A DNA stretch of 64,000 nt from an uncultured Verrucomicrobiae bacterium (GCA_963837955.1 CAWIPH010000002.1:992001-1056000); one strand, 5' to 3'. Shown: positions 29,146 through 38,702, counted from the stretch's first letter. The notes: generated by a model from the sequence alone, not told the origin. A program made the numbers and translations.

Positions 29146-29934
29146 TTACGCTTTCGCCAATCGCGCCGCCTCCAAAAGGTCATGAAGTAACTTCTTGGGA
29201 TCACTGGCTCGCATCAACGATTCACCTACAAGTACAGCATCCGCTCCGGCCTGGAGAACTCGTTGCACGTCTGCTCCGGTTTGAATTCCGCTCTCGCTGA
29301 CGATGGTACATTGAGAGGGGACTAAGGGCACAAGACGCTCGGTTGTCTCCAAATCGACCTTGAAAGTTGTCAGATCGCGATTGTTGATGCCGATAAAGTC
29401 AGCGCCAAATTTTAAAGCTCGCTCTAATTCCGCTTCGTTGTGCACCTCTACCAGAATGTCCACGGACAGGCTCGTTCCTACCTCGTGAAGGTACTTCAAT
29501 TCGTCGTCCGAGAGCGCTGCCACGATCAAGAGAACCGCATCTGCTCCGGCCAAGATAGCTTGATAGATCTGCACTTCATGAAGGGTGAAATCCTTTCGTA
29601 GAGTTGGGATCGGAACGTGCTGATGGACCAGAGCCAAGTAATCAAGATGTCCTCGAAAAAAACGTTCATCGGTGATCACGGACACACAATGCGCTCCGCC
29701 CTCATAGTATTTCGCGGCGATCGAAACCGGATCGAATTCCTCGGCGATCAGGCCGGCGGAAGGGGATGCGCGCTTCACTTCGGCGATAAACCCAAAAGGA
29801 GCGAGGTCGAGCGTGGTACGAAACCCGCGGAAATTGCGATGTTCTTTAGCGCGCGTTTTCCAATCGTTAGTGTGAGCGATCCAGGGCGAAATCTCCTGCC
29901 GCTTATGATCGATAATTTCAGCAAGCCGGCTCAT
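29146..29934 (-). CDS. trpC: Indole-3-glycerol phosphate synthase
   Basis: IAEVKRASPSAG, LRKDF, GINNRDL, SESGI and LVGESLM motifs. Confidence 0.97.
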   Translation of the reverse strand: MSRLAEIIDHKRQEISPWIAHTNDWKTRAKEHRNFRGFRTTLDLAPFGFIAEVKRASPSAGLIAEEFDPVSIAAKYYEGGAHCVSVITDERFFRGHLDYLALVHQHVPIPTLRKDFTLHEVQIYQAILAGADAVLLIVAALSDDELKYLHEVGTSLSVDILVEVHNEAELERALKFGADFIGINNRDLTTFKVDLETTERLVPLVPSQCTIVSESGIQTGADVQRVLQAGADAVLVGESLMRASDPKKLLHDLLEAARLAKA

Positions 29935-30027
29935 GCATTATAATTAGCACGTTTCGGTTCATTCGAGAGCGGCAAAAAAGTACTTGAATCATCACTTTGA
30001 AGGGGCATGATTCTCCCTTCACTCTCC

Positions 30028-30100
30028 GCGGGTGTAGCTCAGTTGGTAGAGCACTTCCTTGCCAAGGAAGATGTCGCGAGTTCGAGTCTCGTCACCCGCT
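30028..30100 (+). tRNA. tRNA-Gly (GCC), CCA not encoded
   Basis: GCGGGTG/CACCCGC acceptor stem, D-arm AGCTCAGTTGGTAGAGC, anticodon arm CTTCC-TTGCCAA-GGAAG, T-loop GTTCGAG. Confidence 0.97.
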
Positions 30101-30237
30101 TTCGCCCGCTCGTTCCTCGCGGGCTACAGCGCGGCACAGCCCGCTATCAGCAGCCAGCCTTTCAGCTTTTCCAACCCAAAGGGCGAAAGCGTCGCGCCGA
30201 AGTCCGGCGTTAGCCTCGCGGCCGCGAGACCCAACGC

Positions 30238-30361
30238 GGGGAGGGATCGCGTCCCCGCGATCCGTTGTGGCCGGACCCAAGCGCGTTTGTATACCAAGGG
30301 TTAAATTGGGTACCCCAGGTTAGAGATCGTTTTCTCGGCGCGCGGGGACGCGCGCCCTCCC
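30238..30361. repeat. REP-like doublet (family C)
   Basis: GGGAGGGATCGCGTCCCCGCGATCC...GCGCGGGGACGCGCGCCCTCCC, related to 23313-23569. Confidence 0.75.
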
Positions 30362-30431
30362 GGCGATGGAGCAGGCAAACCATTCATTATGTTGACGCGG
30401 ATGGGCGTTAGCCGGACGAAGGCGGACCGCG

Positions 30432-30516
30432 CGCCGCCTTGGCGATTTCATCGGGTTCTCGCATACGCCCCATCGGGATGGTGGACACAATCCGTGCGAT
30501 AGCGTCCGCCGGCTGC
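30432..30516 (-). pseudogene. Fragment of an SDR oxidoreductase C-terminal region
   Basis: Minus strand translates QPADAIARIVSTIPMGRMREPDEIAKAA, the SDR P-x-G-R-x-G-x-P-x-E-I-A motif. Confidence 0.65.
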
Positions 30517-30623
30517 GGTGGTAGGTGCGCAGGAACTAGTGTTTTGCTCCTGCGAGAATACCGACGATAGACGTAAATGCCGCATCGGCAGTTATCAGCT
30601 TGTCACCGGACATGAGCTGGGTT

Positions 30624-30647
30624 AAGATTAGACAAATGTCTAATCTT
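30624..30647. promoter_or_regulatory. Perfect 11-2-11 palindrome overlapping the ArsR start codon (probable auto-operator)
   Basis: AAGATTAGACA-AA-TGTCTAATCTT. Confidence 0.75.
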
Positions 30648-31208
30648 TCGGCGAATGAAAGCAATGTCGATCTGCTGCGCTTTTTCAAAGCCCTCGCCGA
30701 CGAAACTCGATTGAAGATGGTAGCTCTGCTGGCGTCCAAGTCGCGCTCTGGGGAGCAGCTTGCGGAGCTGCTGAGCATTAAGGGGGCGACGGTGTCGCAC
30801 CATTTGTCGAAGCTCGCCGATGCGGGACTGGTGACCTCCACCTCGGAGGGCCACAAAAAGTTTTATACGCTACGTCTCGACGCGGTGCGCGCCACTGCGC
30901 AACAACTGCAGGCCAAAGACGCCGGACTCCGGGTGCCGGAAGGCGCCGATACCGGTGAGTACGACCGCAAGGTGCTCAAGGACTTTTTCCACAGCGACGG
31001 CTCGCTGCGGCAGCTTCCGATGCAGCGGAAGAAGTTTCTGGCCGTGCTCAAGCACATCGTCAAGGACATCGAACCCGGCCGCGAGTACACCGAGAAACAG
31101 ATCAACGCTCTGCTGGAGCGCCGCCACCCAGACACGGCCAGCCTGCGCAGAGGCATGATCGACTTCCGCTTGATGGAGCGCAAGTCGGGCGTGTATTGGC
31201 GTGTCTAA
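30636..31208 (+). CDS. ArsR/SmtB HTH regulator fused to a DUF2087-like domain
   Basis: FFKALADETRLKM and TVSHHLSKL; C-terminal LPMQRKK, YTEKQIN and DTASLRR..YWR motifs. Confidence 0.9.
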   Translation: MSNLSANESNVDLLRFFKALADETRLKMVALLASKSRSGEQLAELLSIKGATVSHHLSKLADAGLVTSTSEGHKKFYTLRLDAVRATAQQLQAKDAGLRVPEGADTGEYDRKVLKDFFHSDGSLRQLPMQRKKFLAVLKHIVKDIEPGREYTEKQINALLERRHPDTASLRRGMIDFRLMERKSGVYWRV

Positions 31209-31415
31209 GCGCGGAAATTCGCGCTGGCTCTGACAGCAATTGACCTATTGACATTTGATTCGAGCAGCAGACGCTGAAATCGCTGTGCCCTATCCCCTGG
31301 CGCGACAAAAGAGACGGATCGCTTGAGAAGAAGCGCCCAGGATCGGCTGAAGAGTTATCGCCTCCTGGACAGTTTGGGCCCGAAAACGAGTAAGTGGCCG
31401 TCCAAGGAAAAGAAA

Positions 31416-32312
31416 ATGACCAGCAACGAAATGAACTCGCAGATGTCCACCAAGCAAGGCTTTATCGCCGCGCTTGATCAAAGTGGTGGTTCGACGCCCG
31501 GTGCTTTGCGTTACTACGGCATACCTGACAGCGCGTATAGCGGAGAGACCGAGATGTTTAAGCTGATGCACGAGATGCGCGTACGCATCATGAGTTCGCC
31601 CGCCTTCACGGGCGACAAGGTCATCGGAGCGATTCTGTTTGAAGGCACAATGGATGGACAGGCTAAAGGGAAACCTGTGCCTGCATTCCTCTGGGAAGAC
31701 CGCGGTGTCGTCCCGTTCCTGAAAGTCGATAAAGGATTGGAAACGGAAAAGGACGGGGTCAGTCTGATGAAGCCGATTCCGGGACTAGACTCGCTTCTTG
31801 AACGCGCCGCGAAACTCGGGGTCTACGGCACGAAAATGCGCTCGACGATCCACTTGCCCTCCAAGACCGGCATCGCGGCCATTGTGGCCCAGCAGTTCGC
31901 GTTTGCAGCGCAAATCGCGGAGCATGGACTGATGCCGATCCTGGAGCCGGAAGTTTTGATCAAGAGTCCGGACAAACCGGGCGCCGAAGCGATTCTTCGC
32001 GAGGAACTCGCAAGAGGGCTGGATGAATTGCCGGTCGGACACCGCGTGATGTTGAAACTGACGATCCCGGAAGTTCCGGACTATTATTCTCCTTTGATCG
32101 AGCACAGCCGCGTCGCCAGGGTCGTGGCGCTCTCCGGCGGCTATTCCCGGAAAGACGCATGCCGCCGCCTCGCCGCCAATCATGGAATAATCGCGAGTTT
32201 TTCGCGGGCATTGGTGGAAGGTCTCCGTTATTCGATGAGCGACACCGAGTTTGATGCCTCGTTATCAAAATCGATCGACGAAATCTACCAGGCTTCGGTT
32301 GCCAAGGTTTGA
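31416..32312 (+). CDS. fda: Fructose-bisphosphate aldolase class I
   Basis: GFIAALDQSGGSTP, PFLKVDKGL, GTKMRS, PILEPEV, VALSGGY and IASFSRAL motifs. Confidence 0.93.
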   Translation: MTSNEMNSQMSTKQGFIAALDQSGGSTPGALRYYGIPDSAYSGETEMFKLMHEMRVRIMSSPAFTGDKVIGAILFEGTMDGQAKGKPVPAFLWEDRGVVPFLKVDKGLETEKDGVSLMKPIPGLDSLLERAAKLGVYGTKMRSTIHLPSKTGIAAIVAQQFAFAAQIAEHGLMPILEPEVLIKSPDKPGAEAILREELARGLDELPVGHRVMLKLTIPEVPDYYSPLIEHSRVARVVALSGGYSRKDACRRLAANHGIIASFSRALVEGLRYSMSDTEFDASLSKSIDEIYQASVAKV

Positions 32313-32494
32313 ACCGACCTTCCTGCCGGCAAATAAATCTGGTTCCACGCCGCGATTGTGGTCTCCGAGAATTATTTGCCGGTCGTTTCCCTCAACGACT
32401 CCGGGTCCGCTATGGGGGCGGGTCCATTCAGTCTTCAAAGCCCAAGGCGAGGTCCCGTACCTTGCCACTAGAACCGGGTCACTCGACGCCCGTT

Positions 32495-34510
32495 TTATTT
32501 CGTCCAAATTGCTGCGAAGCGGTCCTGGCCTCCGACACTATACCCGCTGACTAACTCCAGACGGAAGCCCTGACCCACTAGCTCGTCGAAGGCCGCCTGG
32601 TACTGGGCGGAGGTAAGGCCGTGGCGCGCCTGCCAAGCGGGAGCGTTTGCGATTTTGCGGAAGATGGCGGCATAGCGATCTTGCGTGCCGTCACTGTAAC
32701 CGCTGGCCACCACAGGTTTATAACCCTGCGCCGTCACTTCGTTAAAGAACGCCTGGTACTGATTAGACGTCAGTCCGTGGCGCGCTTGCCAGGCGGGCGC
32801 GTTCTGCAATTTGCGCCAGATGGCAGCGTAACGATCTTGACTACCATCAAAATAGCCGCTGACCCAGTCCAGCGCGAAACCCTGGCCGGTGAACTCGTCG
32901 AAAGCGACCTGGTACTGCGCGCCGGTCAAATTGTGGCGGGCCACCCATGGTCCGGTTGGGCCCTGCTGGAAGATACAGGCGAACCGCGGCCCGGCCGGAG
33001 TTGCATACCCGTTGACCAGGACAGGGCTAAAACCTTGACCGGTTAATTCGTTGAACGTTGCCTGGTAATCGTTTCCGGTTAATTGGTGGCGAGCCTGCCA
33101 CGCGGGCGGGGAAGCGGTCTTGACCCACAGGGCAGCAAAGAGCGGGGCGGCGGTCCCGTAACCGCTCACGTCAACCAACTGCATGCCATGATTGCCGACG
33201 TAATCATTGAACGCCTGCTGATATTGCTCCGCCGTCAGGTTGTGGCGGGCGATCCAGCCGCCGATCGGTATCTCTGGCGAGATGTTGTCCAGGTAAATGC
33301 CGGTAACCAAGTCGCGGAAGAACTGGTCGGCGGCGCCGATCGGGGAGTTGGCGAGCACGACCAACTCCATATCGCGCGGCAGGAAATAGGTGAGGCTCTG
33401 CTCCGTCTGCATCGCTCCGGACCGCCAGAGGCCGTTCTTGTTATAAAGCGTGCCAAGCGGCGTCGATTCGATCACGTCAATGCCGAACCCGTCGTCCAGC
33501 ATTGTCTGAGCGGCCGCTGGCGACATGATCGAGCCTTGGCGGCGAAAACAGCCGATCACATCCAGCAATTCCTCGACCGACATATGCCAGCTGGTGCCGC
33601 CGGCGTCAGCCGTGAGATCGCCCGAGTTCCACCCGGCGCCCGGCGGAAACGCGTAACCGAGCGCGTCCGGGTCGGGGTGCGTAAAGGTGGGCCCGCTGAC
33701 GCCCGCCGGCTTCAACAGATGCTGTTCTACGTCGGCGGCATACGCGGACAGAGTAATAAAATCCCAGATATTATCCTGGAAAGGCGGAGGGAAGGTCGTG
33801 TTGGCCGGGATCGTGCCGTTCATGACCGGAATCAGAATACGGCAGATGCTAAAGTTCATGTTCTGGTACGAATAAGCGCCGAGGTTGGCGCTGGTCACCC
33901 CGGTGGCGACCTGCGACTGCATAATTGGAAAAAACGTGTCGGATCCGGTCACACGAAATCCGGACCTGTGCGTCATGAGCTGGGCGAAAGTGATTTTGTC
34001 GATGTTCGGTCCCTTGGCCCAGTAATCCGGCAGGAAGTCTATAATCTTGGTGGAAGCCGGGAGACTGTGCGCCGCGAGCGTCCGCGTCATCGCGATGGCA
34101 GTGATCAACTTGCTGCAGCTGGCGATATGCATGCGGACTGTTTGCATCCAGGACTCCGAACCGTCGGCGGGGCGGTGGGCCAATCCGGATTGCGCCGAGG
34201 CTATCGGCTGCCCGTGCTGGCGGAGCTGCATGACGTAGCCAGCCGTGTTCGCGGCGAGCGCGGCGTTAAGATCTGCGACAAATCCATCGGTGTTAAACGA
34301 GAGCACGACACCGGAAGGCAGGGCGCGGGGAGGGAGCTTGATTCCTTCTTGCAGACCCCGGGAACTGACTACTCCGCGGGTGTGGGCCGGCTCCATAGCA
34401 TGCGCTTTCGCGGCTGCCTGGTTGAAACGGAAGCCGCTGGGCAGCGTGGTAAATTCGGTTGTGGGTTCCTCAGGTCCAAGGGTCACTTTTTCAGTCTTTG
34501 TTGTAGGCAT
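32495..34510 (-). CDS. Beta-lactamase-family serine hydrolase with five C-terminal WxARH tandem repeats (polyglycine-hydrolase-like repeats)
   Basis: SxxK (ASCSK), LMTHRSG, YxN (YQN) and KNG motifs; five ~50-aa WxARHxLT..YQ..F repeats. Confidence 0.88.
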   Translation of the reverse strand: MPTTKTEKVTLGPEEPTTEFTTLPSGFRFNQAAAKAHAMEPAHTRGVVSSRGLQEGIKLPPRALPSGVVLSFNTDGFVADLNAALAANTAGYVMQLRQHGQPIASAQSGLAHRPADGSESWMQTVRMHIASCSKLITAIAMTRTLAAHSLPASTKIIDFLPDYWAKGPNIDKITFAQLMTHRSGFRVTGSDTFFPIMQSQVATGVTSANLGAYSYQNMNFSICRILIPVMNGTIPANTTFPPPFQDNIWDFITLSAYAADVEQHLLKPAGVSGPTFTHPDPDALGYAFPPGAGWNSGDLTADAGGTSWHMSVEELLDVIGCFRRQGSIMSPAAAQTMLDDGFGIDVIESTPLGTLYNKNGLWRSGAMQTEQSLTYFLPRDMELVVLANSPIGAADQFFRDLVTGIYLDNISPEIPIGGWIARHNLTAEQYQQAFNDYVGNHGMQLVDVSGYGTAAPLFAALWVKTASPPAWQARHQLTGNDYQATFNELTGQGFSPVLVNGYATPAGPRFACIFQQGPTGPWVARHNLTGAQYQVAFDEFTGQGFALDWVSGYFDGSQDRYAAIWRKLQNAPAWQARHGLTSNQYQAFFNEVTAQGYKPVVASGYSDGTQDRYAAIFRKIANAPAWQARHGLTSAQYQAAFDELVGQGFRLELVSGYSVGGQDRFAAIWTK

Positions 34511-35019
34511 TTCGTCCTCCTCTTATTAGCAAAGTTGCGCCTTTCTTTCATTTTGCCTCCTCAGCGAGTCAGAGTTCGTAATCATCGCATAAATCGGATT
34601 CCATCGTCCCGCCCGTCCGGATCACGATGGTAACCCGATCGGTAAAAGGTGCGATTTCAACTTCAGTATCGCCGCGCGCGTGAATACACAATACGCGCAA
34701 TTACGTATTGACTTAGATCGAATACAGTCCCCACACGTTTAAGAGACCGGTTATAATATTATAGTTCAGGGGAAGAGTATGGGGAGGACCCGCTGGGACG
34801 GCTGGGTCGATCCGGTTATTTCGGCTTCAAAAAGGCTCACGTCATTGGCTAGACGTCCCGGTACCCAGACGATTGGTAGATTAGATCTGCATTTTAAGCG
34901 GGTCGCCGTCCTACATCCCCTCGCCCAAGTGTTAGTAGCACAAAGTCCGCAAGACAGGTTCAAAAACAACTTTGGGTTGCATTCCCTTAGATGATTCATT
35001 AGGCGAATTACTTATTGTT

Positions 35020-35376
35020 ATGCCAACGATTCCTCAGTCTATCCAGAATTTCTTCAACGATCACCGAGCGCGATTGGCAGCGGTCTCTGCTGCCCCTGGC
35101 GTGGTTGGTTTAAGTCTCGATCTTGATCAAATCAGTGCGACCTACCTTTCAAAAGAGATTCAAATACTGGTTCGACCGAAGTACCTCGCAGATTGTAACG
35201 CGGGCACGACTCCGGAGGACAAAATTTCAAGACTGGCTTCCTCCGTTTCGCGTTTAGCGAAACAAGTGAGGCCGCTTGCTCCGAATGATGCTTTCTACGG
35301 CGCGTTTACGACCGGTAGTGTAGCAGCGGCCCAGGATGTGTTTCTCTCGATTTTCGGGCTACCTATGCCGAGCTAA
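35020..35376 (+). CDS. Hypothetical protein
   Basis: 118-aa ATG-initiated ORF in an AT-richer stretch; no recognisable motif. Confidence 0.45.
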   Translation: MPTIPQSIQNFFNDHRARLAAVSAAPGVVGLSLDLDQISATYLSKEIQILVRPKYLADCNAGTTPEDKISRLASSVSRLAKQVRPLAPNDAFYGAFTTGSVAAAQDVFLSIFGLPMPS

Positions 35377-35588
35377 ACAAATCCGTTGCGACGGGCGGAT
35401 TCAATCTCAGCCGCATCAGCTCATCTTTGATCATCGCAGCATCTATTATTCTTTGTATTCTGTTTACGCGGCAGCGAGCGGGCGATCACCCGGGAAGACC
35501 TGAACAGAGCTAGTAACTGTCCCACCGATTTACCTTGTCAGTATGCTCAGTCAGAACCTGAAGGCTTAGACGCATGCCCAGAGCATTC

Positions 35589-35819
35589 GTCCCGGAGGGA
35601 CTCAATGAAAGTAGCCCAGTACGAAGTGCTGGGGTGGTGTTCAAAAAAAAGCGACCCGTCCCGGACGGGACGATCGAGGGGCTGCTTACGCTGGTGAAGT
35701 CGCATACGAGAACCAGGAGTCAAAACATTTCTATCGTCCCTCTGGCGGGACGGACGTCTCTTTCTGCACTATTTCCCAGCACTTCGTACTGGGCTACTTT
35801 CATTGAGTCCCTCCGGGAC
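35589..35819. repeat. MITE/REP-like element (family B) with 45-bp perfect terminal inverted repeats
   Basis: GTCCCGGAGGGACTCAATGAAAGTAGCCCAGTACGAAGTGCTGGG and its exact reverse complement. Confidence 0.88.
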
Positions 35820-36228
35820 CACTCCTCTCGGCGCATATCCTACCTCTTGTGTTGACGTACATGGGCCGTTAGTCGGACCCGGACAAGGGCGAAAGCTGGG
35901 GCGGTATCCGCCGTCGCTGCAGCCATATCGGAAAAAAGATCATAGTAGCTACAGCTATGGCGGGACAAGTCAGCTGCGCCGGCTTGAGCCGTCCGGGATT
36001 CCAGCCCCACGCTGCTATGACGGCGAGACGTTAAGATTAGCTAACCCCAAATTTCCGTAAAGCGCCGTTCGCGAAAGATAGGGATCCGTGTGCGCGGATG
36101 CTCGGGCCGAAGATTTGGAAAGTTGCACGAAACTTAAAAAACGCGGTTCGTTTTTCCAAGCTAATCGCACAACTAGGACTATACAGGTCGCGGAATCCGC
36201 CGATCGTTAAAAAAATCCCTCAACCATT

Positions 36229-36690
36229 ATGATCCCCGCTAACACGCGTCAGGAGTTCTTGGAAACCATTCCGATTTTTGCCGGGCTGAATGCTGAAGCG
36301 GTATCTGAAATTGCCCGTGCGGTTGAAGAAGCTGAATTTCGAGAGGGCGATATTATCGTGAGGGAAGGTGAAGCCGGTAACCGTATGTTCATCATTCACT
36401 CCGGTCGAGTCGAGGTGGTGAAACACCTGGCGGAACCGCGCGAGACGGTTCTCGCGGTCTTTGGACCAAAGGATTTCCTGGGTGAGATGTCGATAATTGA
36501 ATGCGTTGCGCGTGCTGCCTCGCTTCGAGCGGTTCAGGATAGCTTCCTCTTTGCGCTCAAAGGTACCGATCTCTACCATCTCTTCCGACACCAGCCTGAT
36601 CAGTATGCGATTGTCATCCTGAACATTGCGCGGGATCTCTCGCGACGGCTTCGCGCGATCGACGAAATGTTTTCGGCGGTTTCGCACTAG
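36229..36690 (+). CDS. Stand-alone cyclic nucleotide-binding domain protein
   Basis: IPIFAGL, IVREGEAGNRMFII.SG.VEV, FLGEMSII and RAAS motifs; no HTH. Confidence 0.9.
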   Translation: MIPANTRQEFLETIPIFAGLNAEAVSEIARAVEEAEFREGDIIVREGEAGNRMFIIHSGRVEVVKHLAEPRETVLAVFGPKDFLGEMSIIECVARAASLRAVQDSFLFALKGTDLYHLFRHQPDQYAIVILNIARDLSRRLRAIDEMFSAVSH

Positions 36691-36731
36691 CTGAGATTGA
36701 AGCACAAGGTGTGCATATCGCTCCGCGTCGA

Positions 36732-36800
36732 GTGACCTGATGCTCGGCCTCAGGAATCCAAGGCGCACCCGATCTTCTGAGGCGGAGCATCAGGCTACTC
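36732..36800. repeat. REP-like doublet (family D, GTAGCCTGATGCT)
   Basis: CCTGATGCTCGGCCTCAG...CTGAGGCGGAGCATCAGGCTAC, located between convergent genes. Confidence 0.8.
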
Positions 36801-37902
36801 GGACATCGGTGCTGGACGGCTGTGTACCGGATCTATTTCGTTGTACCGCCAGCTCCCCGAGCTCTTTTGCTAACCGAACGAGTTCAGCATGATTCTCTAA
36901 GCCATCGATGAATCGCTGCGGAATACCGGAGAGCCCGACCTGAGCGCCGACTAGTGCACCGGTTAGGCATGCCCTGGACATATTCTGACCTCCGCCATTG
37001 ATGGCGTGAAGCACCGCCGATTCAAAATCGTCCCGGTATCGCGCTGAAAGATAGTAAGCCGCCGGAAGCTGATGGTAAATAGCGCAAGGCATTCCGTAAA
37101 CAATGGAGACTTTCCATGCCGGCTCGATCCGAATATCTGGATCAACGGTTGCCTCGACCATGTAAGATGGCGTCAGCAGTGCATCCGGCGAAGAGAATTT
37201 TCCGGCGTTAGGAGGATCTGGCTGTCCTCGGCGGGGAGGAGTCAATCCTTTAGCGGTTACCGTATGAAACGGGAGTTGTCCCTTTTCGACAAGACTCATT
37301 AGCTTGTCCGAAATAGTGGCCTCGAGTTTTTCACCGGAGATCAGGAGAGCGAGCACCGAATTGTAGGCTGTTGTCATCGCAACGATCGCAGGATCGGCTT
37401 GGGTCAGGATGCAGTTTGCCGAAACGGTTTTTGCCATCGTTCCTGGATCTAGCGTATACCGGGCCGCCAGAACCACCGCTCGCTCCGCAGCTTCAGTGGT
37501 ATCGGCGTGGCCACCAGTCTCTTTCCAGCTAAGGCCCCGAGCCCGCCTTCGATAGGCCTCACGTATAGATTGGTTGGTGTAACCGCCGGGACCCTGCATC
37601 GGTGTTCCGTCGAGTTGTTTGAATAATTCATCGAGCCGACGGGTGAAGTCATCTTCGTTGTACCCGCGGTTTTCTACCACTGATTGCAGTAAGAGAACCA
37701 GGATGAGTCCGGTCTGCGATAGTTGACCGGCCTTCATTCCGCTGTGATACCGACCTGGTTTCGGATGGGTATACCCGGAGATCCAATTGCCATAATCTCG
37801 ACGCAACTCCGCCAGGTCATAATACCAGTGCGGACCTAGCCCGAGGGCATCACCTATGAGCGCACCGATGACGGCGCCGGCTGCACGATCTGGAACACTC
37901 AT
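36790..37902 (-). CDS. ADP-ribosylglycohydrolase family protein (atypical)
   Basis: GALIGDALGLGPHWYYD, FESAVLHAINGGG and GALVGAQVGLSGIP motifs. Confidence 0.88.
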   Translation of the reverse strand: MSVPDRAAGAVIGALIGDALGLGPHWYYDLAELRRDYGNWISGYTHPKPGRYHSGMKAGQLSQTGLILVLLLQSVVENRGYNEDDFTRRLDELFKQLDGTPMQGPGGYTNQSIREAYRRRARGLSWKETGGHADTTEAAERAVVLAARYTLDPGTMAKTVSANCILTQADPAIVAMTTAYNSVLALLISGEKLEATISDKLMSLVEKGQLPFHTVTAKGLTPPRRGQPDPPNAGKFSSPDALLTPSYMVEATVDPDIRIEPAWKVSIVYGMPCAIYHQLPAAYYLSARYRDDFESAVLHAINGGGQNMSRACLTGALVGAQVGLSGIPQRFIDGLENHAELVRLAKELGELAVQRNRSGTQPSSTDVRVA

Positions 37903-37954
37903 CGTCGCTATGACTAGTGCACCAACTCTGCGGAATTGGAAGCTGCGTTAAAGC

Positions 37955-38491
37955 TCAAGCGGCTGTCGCAAACTGCTTCGATTCGGCTGCGAGCGTCCGC
38001 AGCTGATCCAACGCGCGGGCAAGCCGAACTTCGGTTCCGGTCGAGAGCCACGGCGGTTGGTCGCCGACAAAGACCCAGTTTTTAATGCCAACGTGGACTG
38101 AAGGGATTGCCAGTTGGCCCGCGAGACGTTCGAGGTCAGGTGTGAGCGTTTTTTCCAAGCCCAGCATGTCCCCGACGAATGCCCCGGTTGCCAGGAGCAT
38201 CAATGGTTTGTACTCAAAGGCTCTCTTTGGCAGCATTCGGAGTAAAGGTGTAAGCAATCCTCCCCAGTCATCCTTAGGGACTGGTGTTAACAGAAGAATC
38301 GCTCGCGCATTTCTGACAAGCGCGTCCAAACTTGCCGAACGAGCAACTGTGCTCAGAGGCTCCAGGTCGATCGCGTGCGCCGCTCGGAGTTCGACTTGAG
38401 AAGATTCAAGATGCCGGGCGACCCAGCGCAAAAGAAAAGCGTTTCTGGAAAATTTGTTCGGAATACCCGAAATCGCGAGAAAGTATGACAT
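37955..38491 (-). CDS. Divergent NAD(P)H-dependent FMN reductase-like protein (SsuE-like)
   Basis: LAISGIPNKFSR, LLTPV.K...GLL..LL..LP..AF..KP...LATG and L.P.L..L flavodoxin-fold pattern. Confidence 0.7.
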   Translation of the reverse strand: MSYFLAISGIPNKFSRNAFLLRWVARHLESSQVELRAAHAIDLEPLSTVARSASLDALVRNARAILLLTPVPKDDWGGLLTPLLRMLPKRAFEYKPLMLLATGAFVGDMLGLEKTLTPDLERLAGQLAIPSVHVGIKNWVFVGDQPPWLSTGTEVRLARALDQLRTLAAESKQFATAA

Positions 38492-38583
38492 AACGGTAAA
38501 GGAAAAAGTTGTTGGAAGTAAGGGAACGTGGTGCCGGACCTCGGAACTACGTTGGCGGTCTTTGAGCCGCTCCTGCTCGAGAC

Positions 38584-38700
38584 CTAGCGGCGACAACAAA
38601 GTCCACCCGCGGATACCCGCCCAAAGAGCATTGTCCGATAAGCTGGACCGAGCGGACTAGCTTGCGCCGGAATGGAGATGCTCAAGTTCACGGTGGGCAT
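38584..38700 (-). CDS. Putative 38-aa Cys-Cys leader peptide (MPTVNLSISIPAQASPLGPAYRTMLFGRVSAGGLCCRR)
   Basis: ATG lies immediately after the operator palindrome; the ORF ends TGT-TGT-CGC-CGC-TAG, 92 nt before the SsuE-like ATG. Confidence 0.55.
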   Translation of the reverse strand: MPTVNLSISIPAQASPLGPAYRTMLFGRVSAGGLCCRR

Positions 38701-38702
38701 TA

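Noticed and set aside
33083..34633. 516-aa plus-strand ORF
   Set aside because: Antisense shadow of the GC3-rich serine hydrolase gene; no motifs.
34780..34910. Retron msr/msd-like RNA
   Set aside because: No reverse transcriptase is present in the window.
30101..36200. Prophage or ICE integrated at tRNA-Gly
   Set aside because: No integrase, phage or conjugation genes, and no attR copy of the tRNA 3' end was found.
38492..38700. SAM or other riboswitch upstream of the SsuE-like gene
   Set aside because: No SAM-I/II core motifs recognised; a leader ORF explains the region better.
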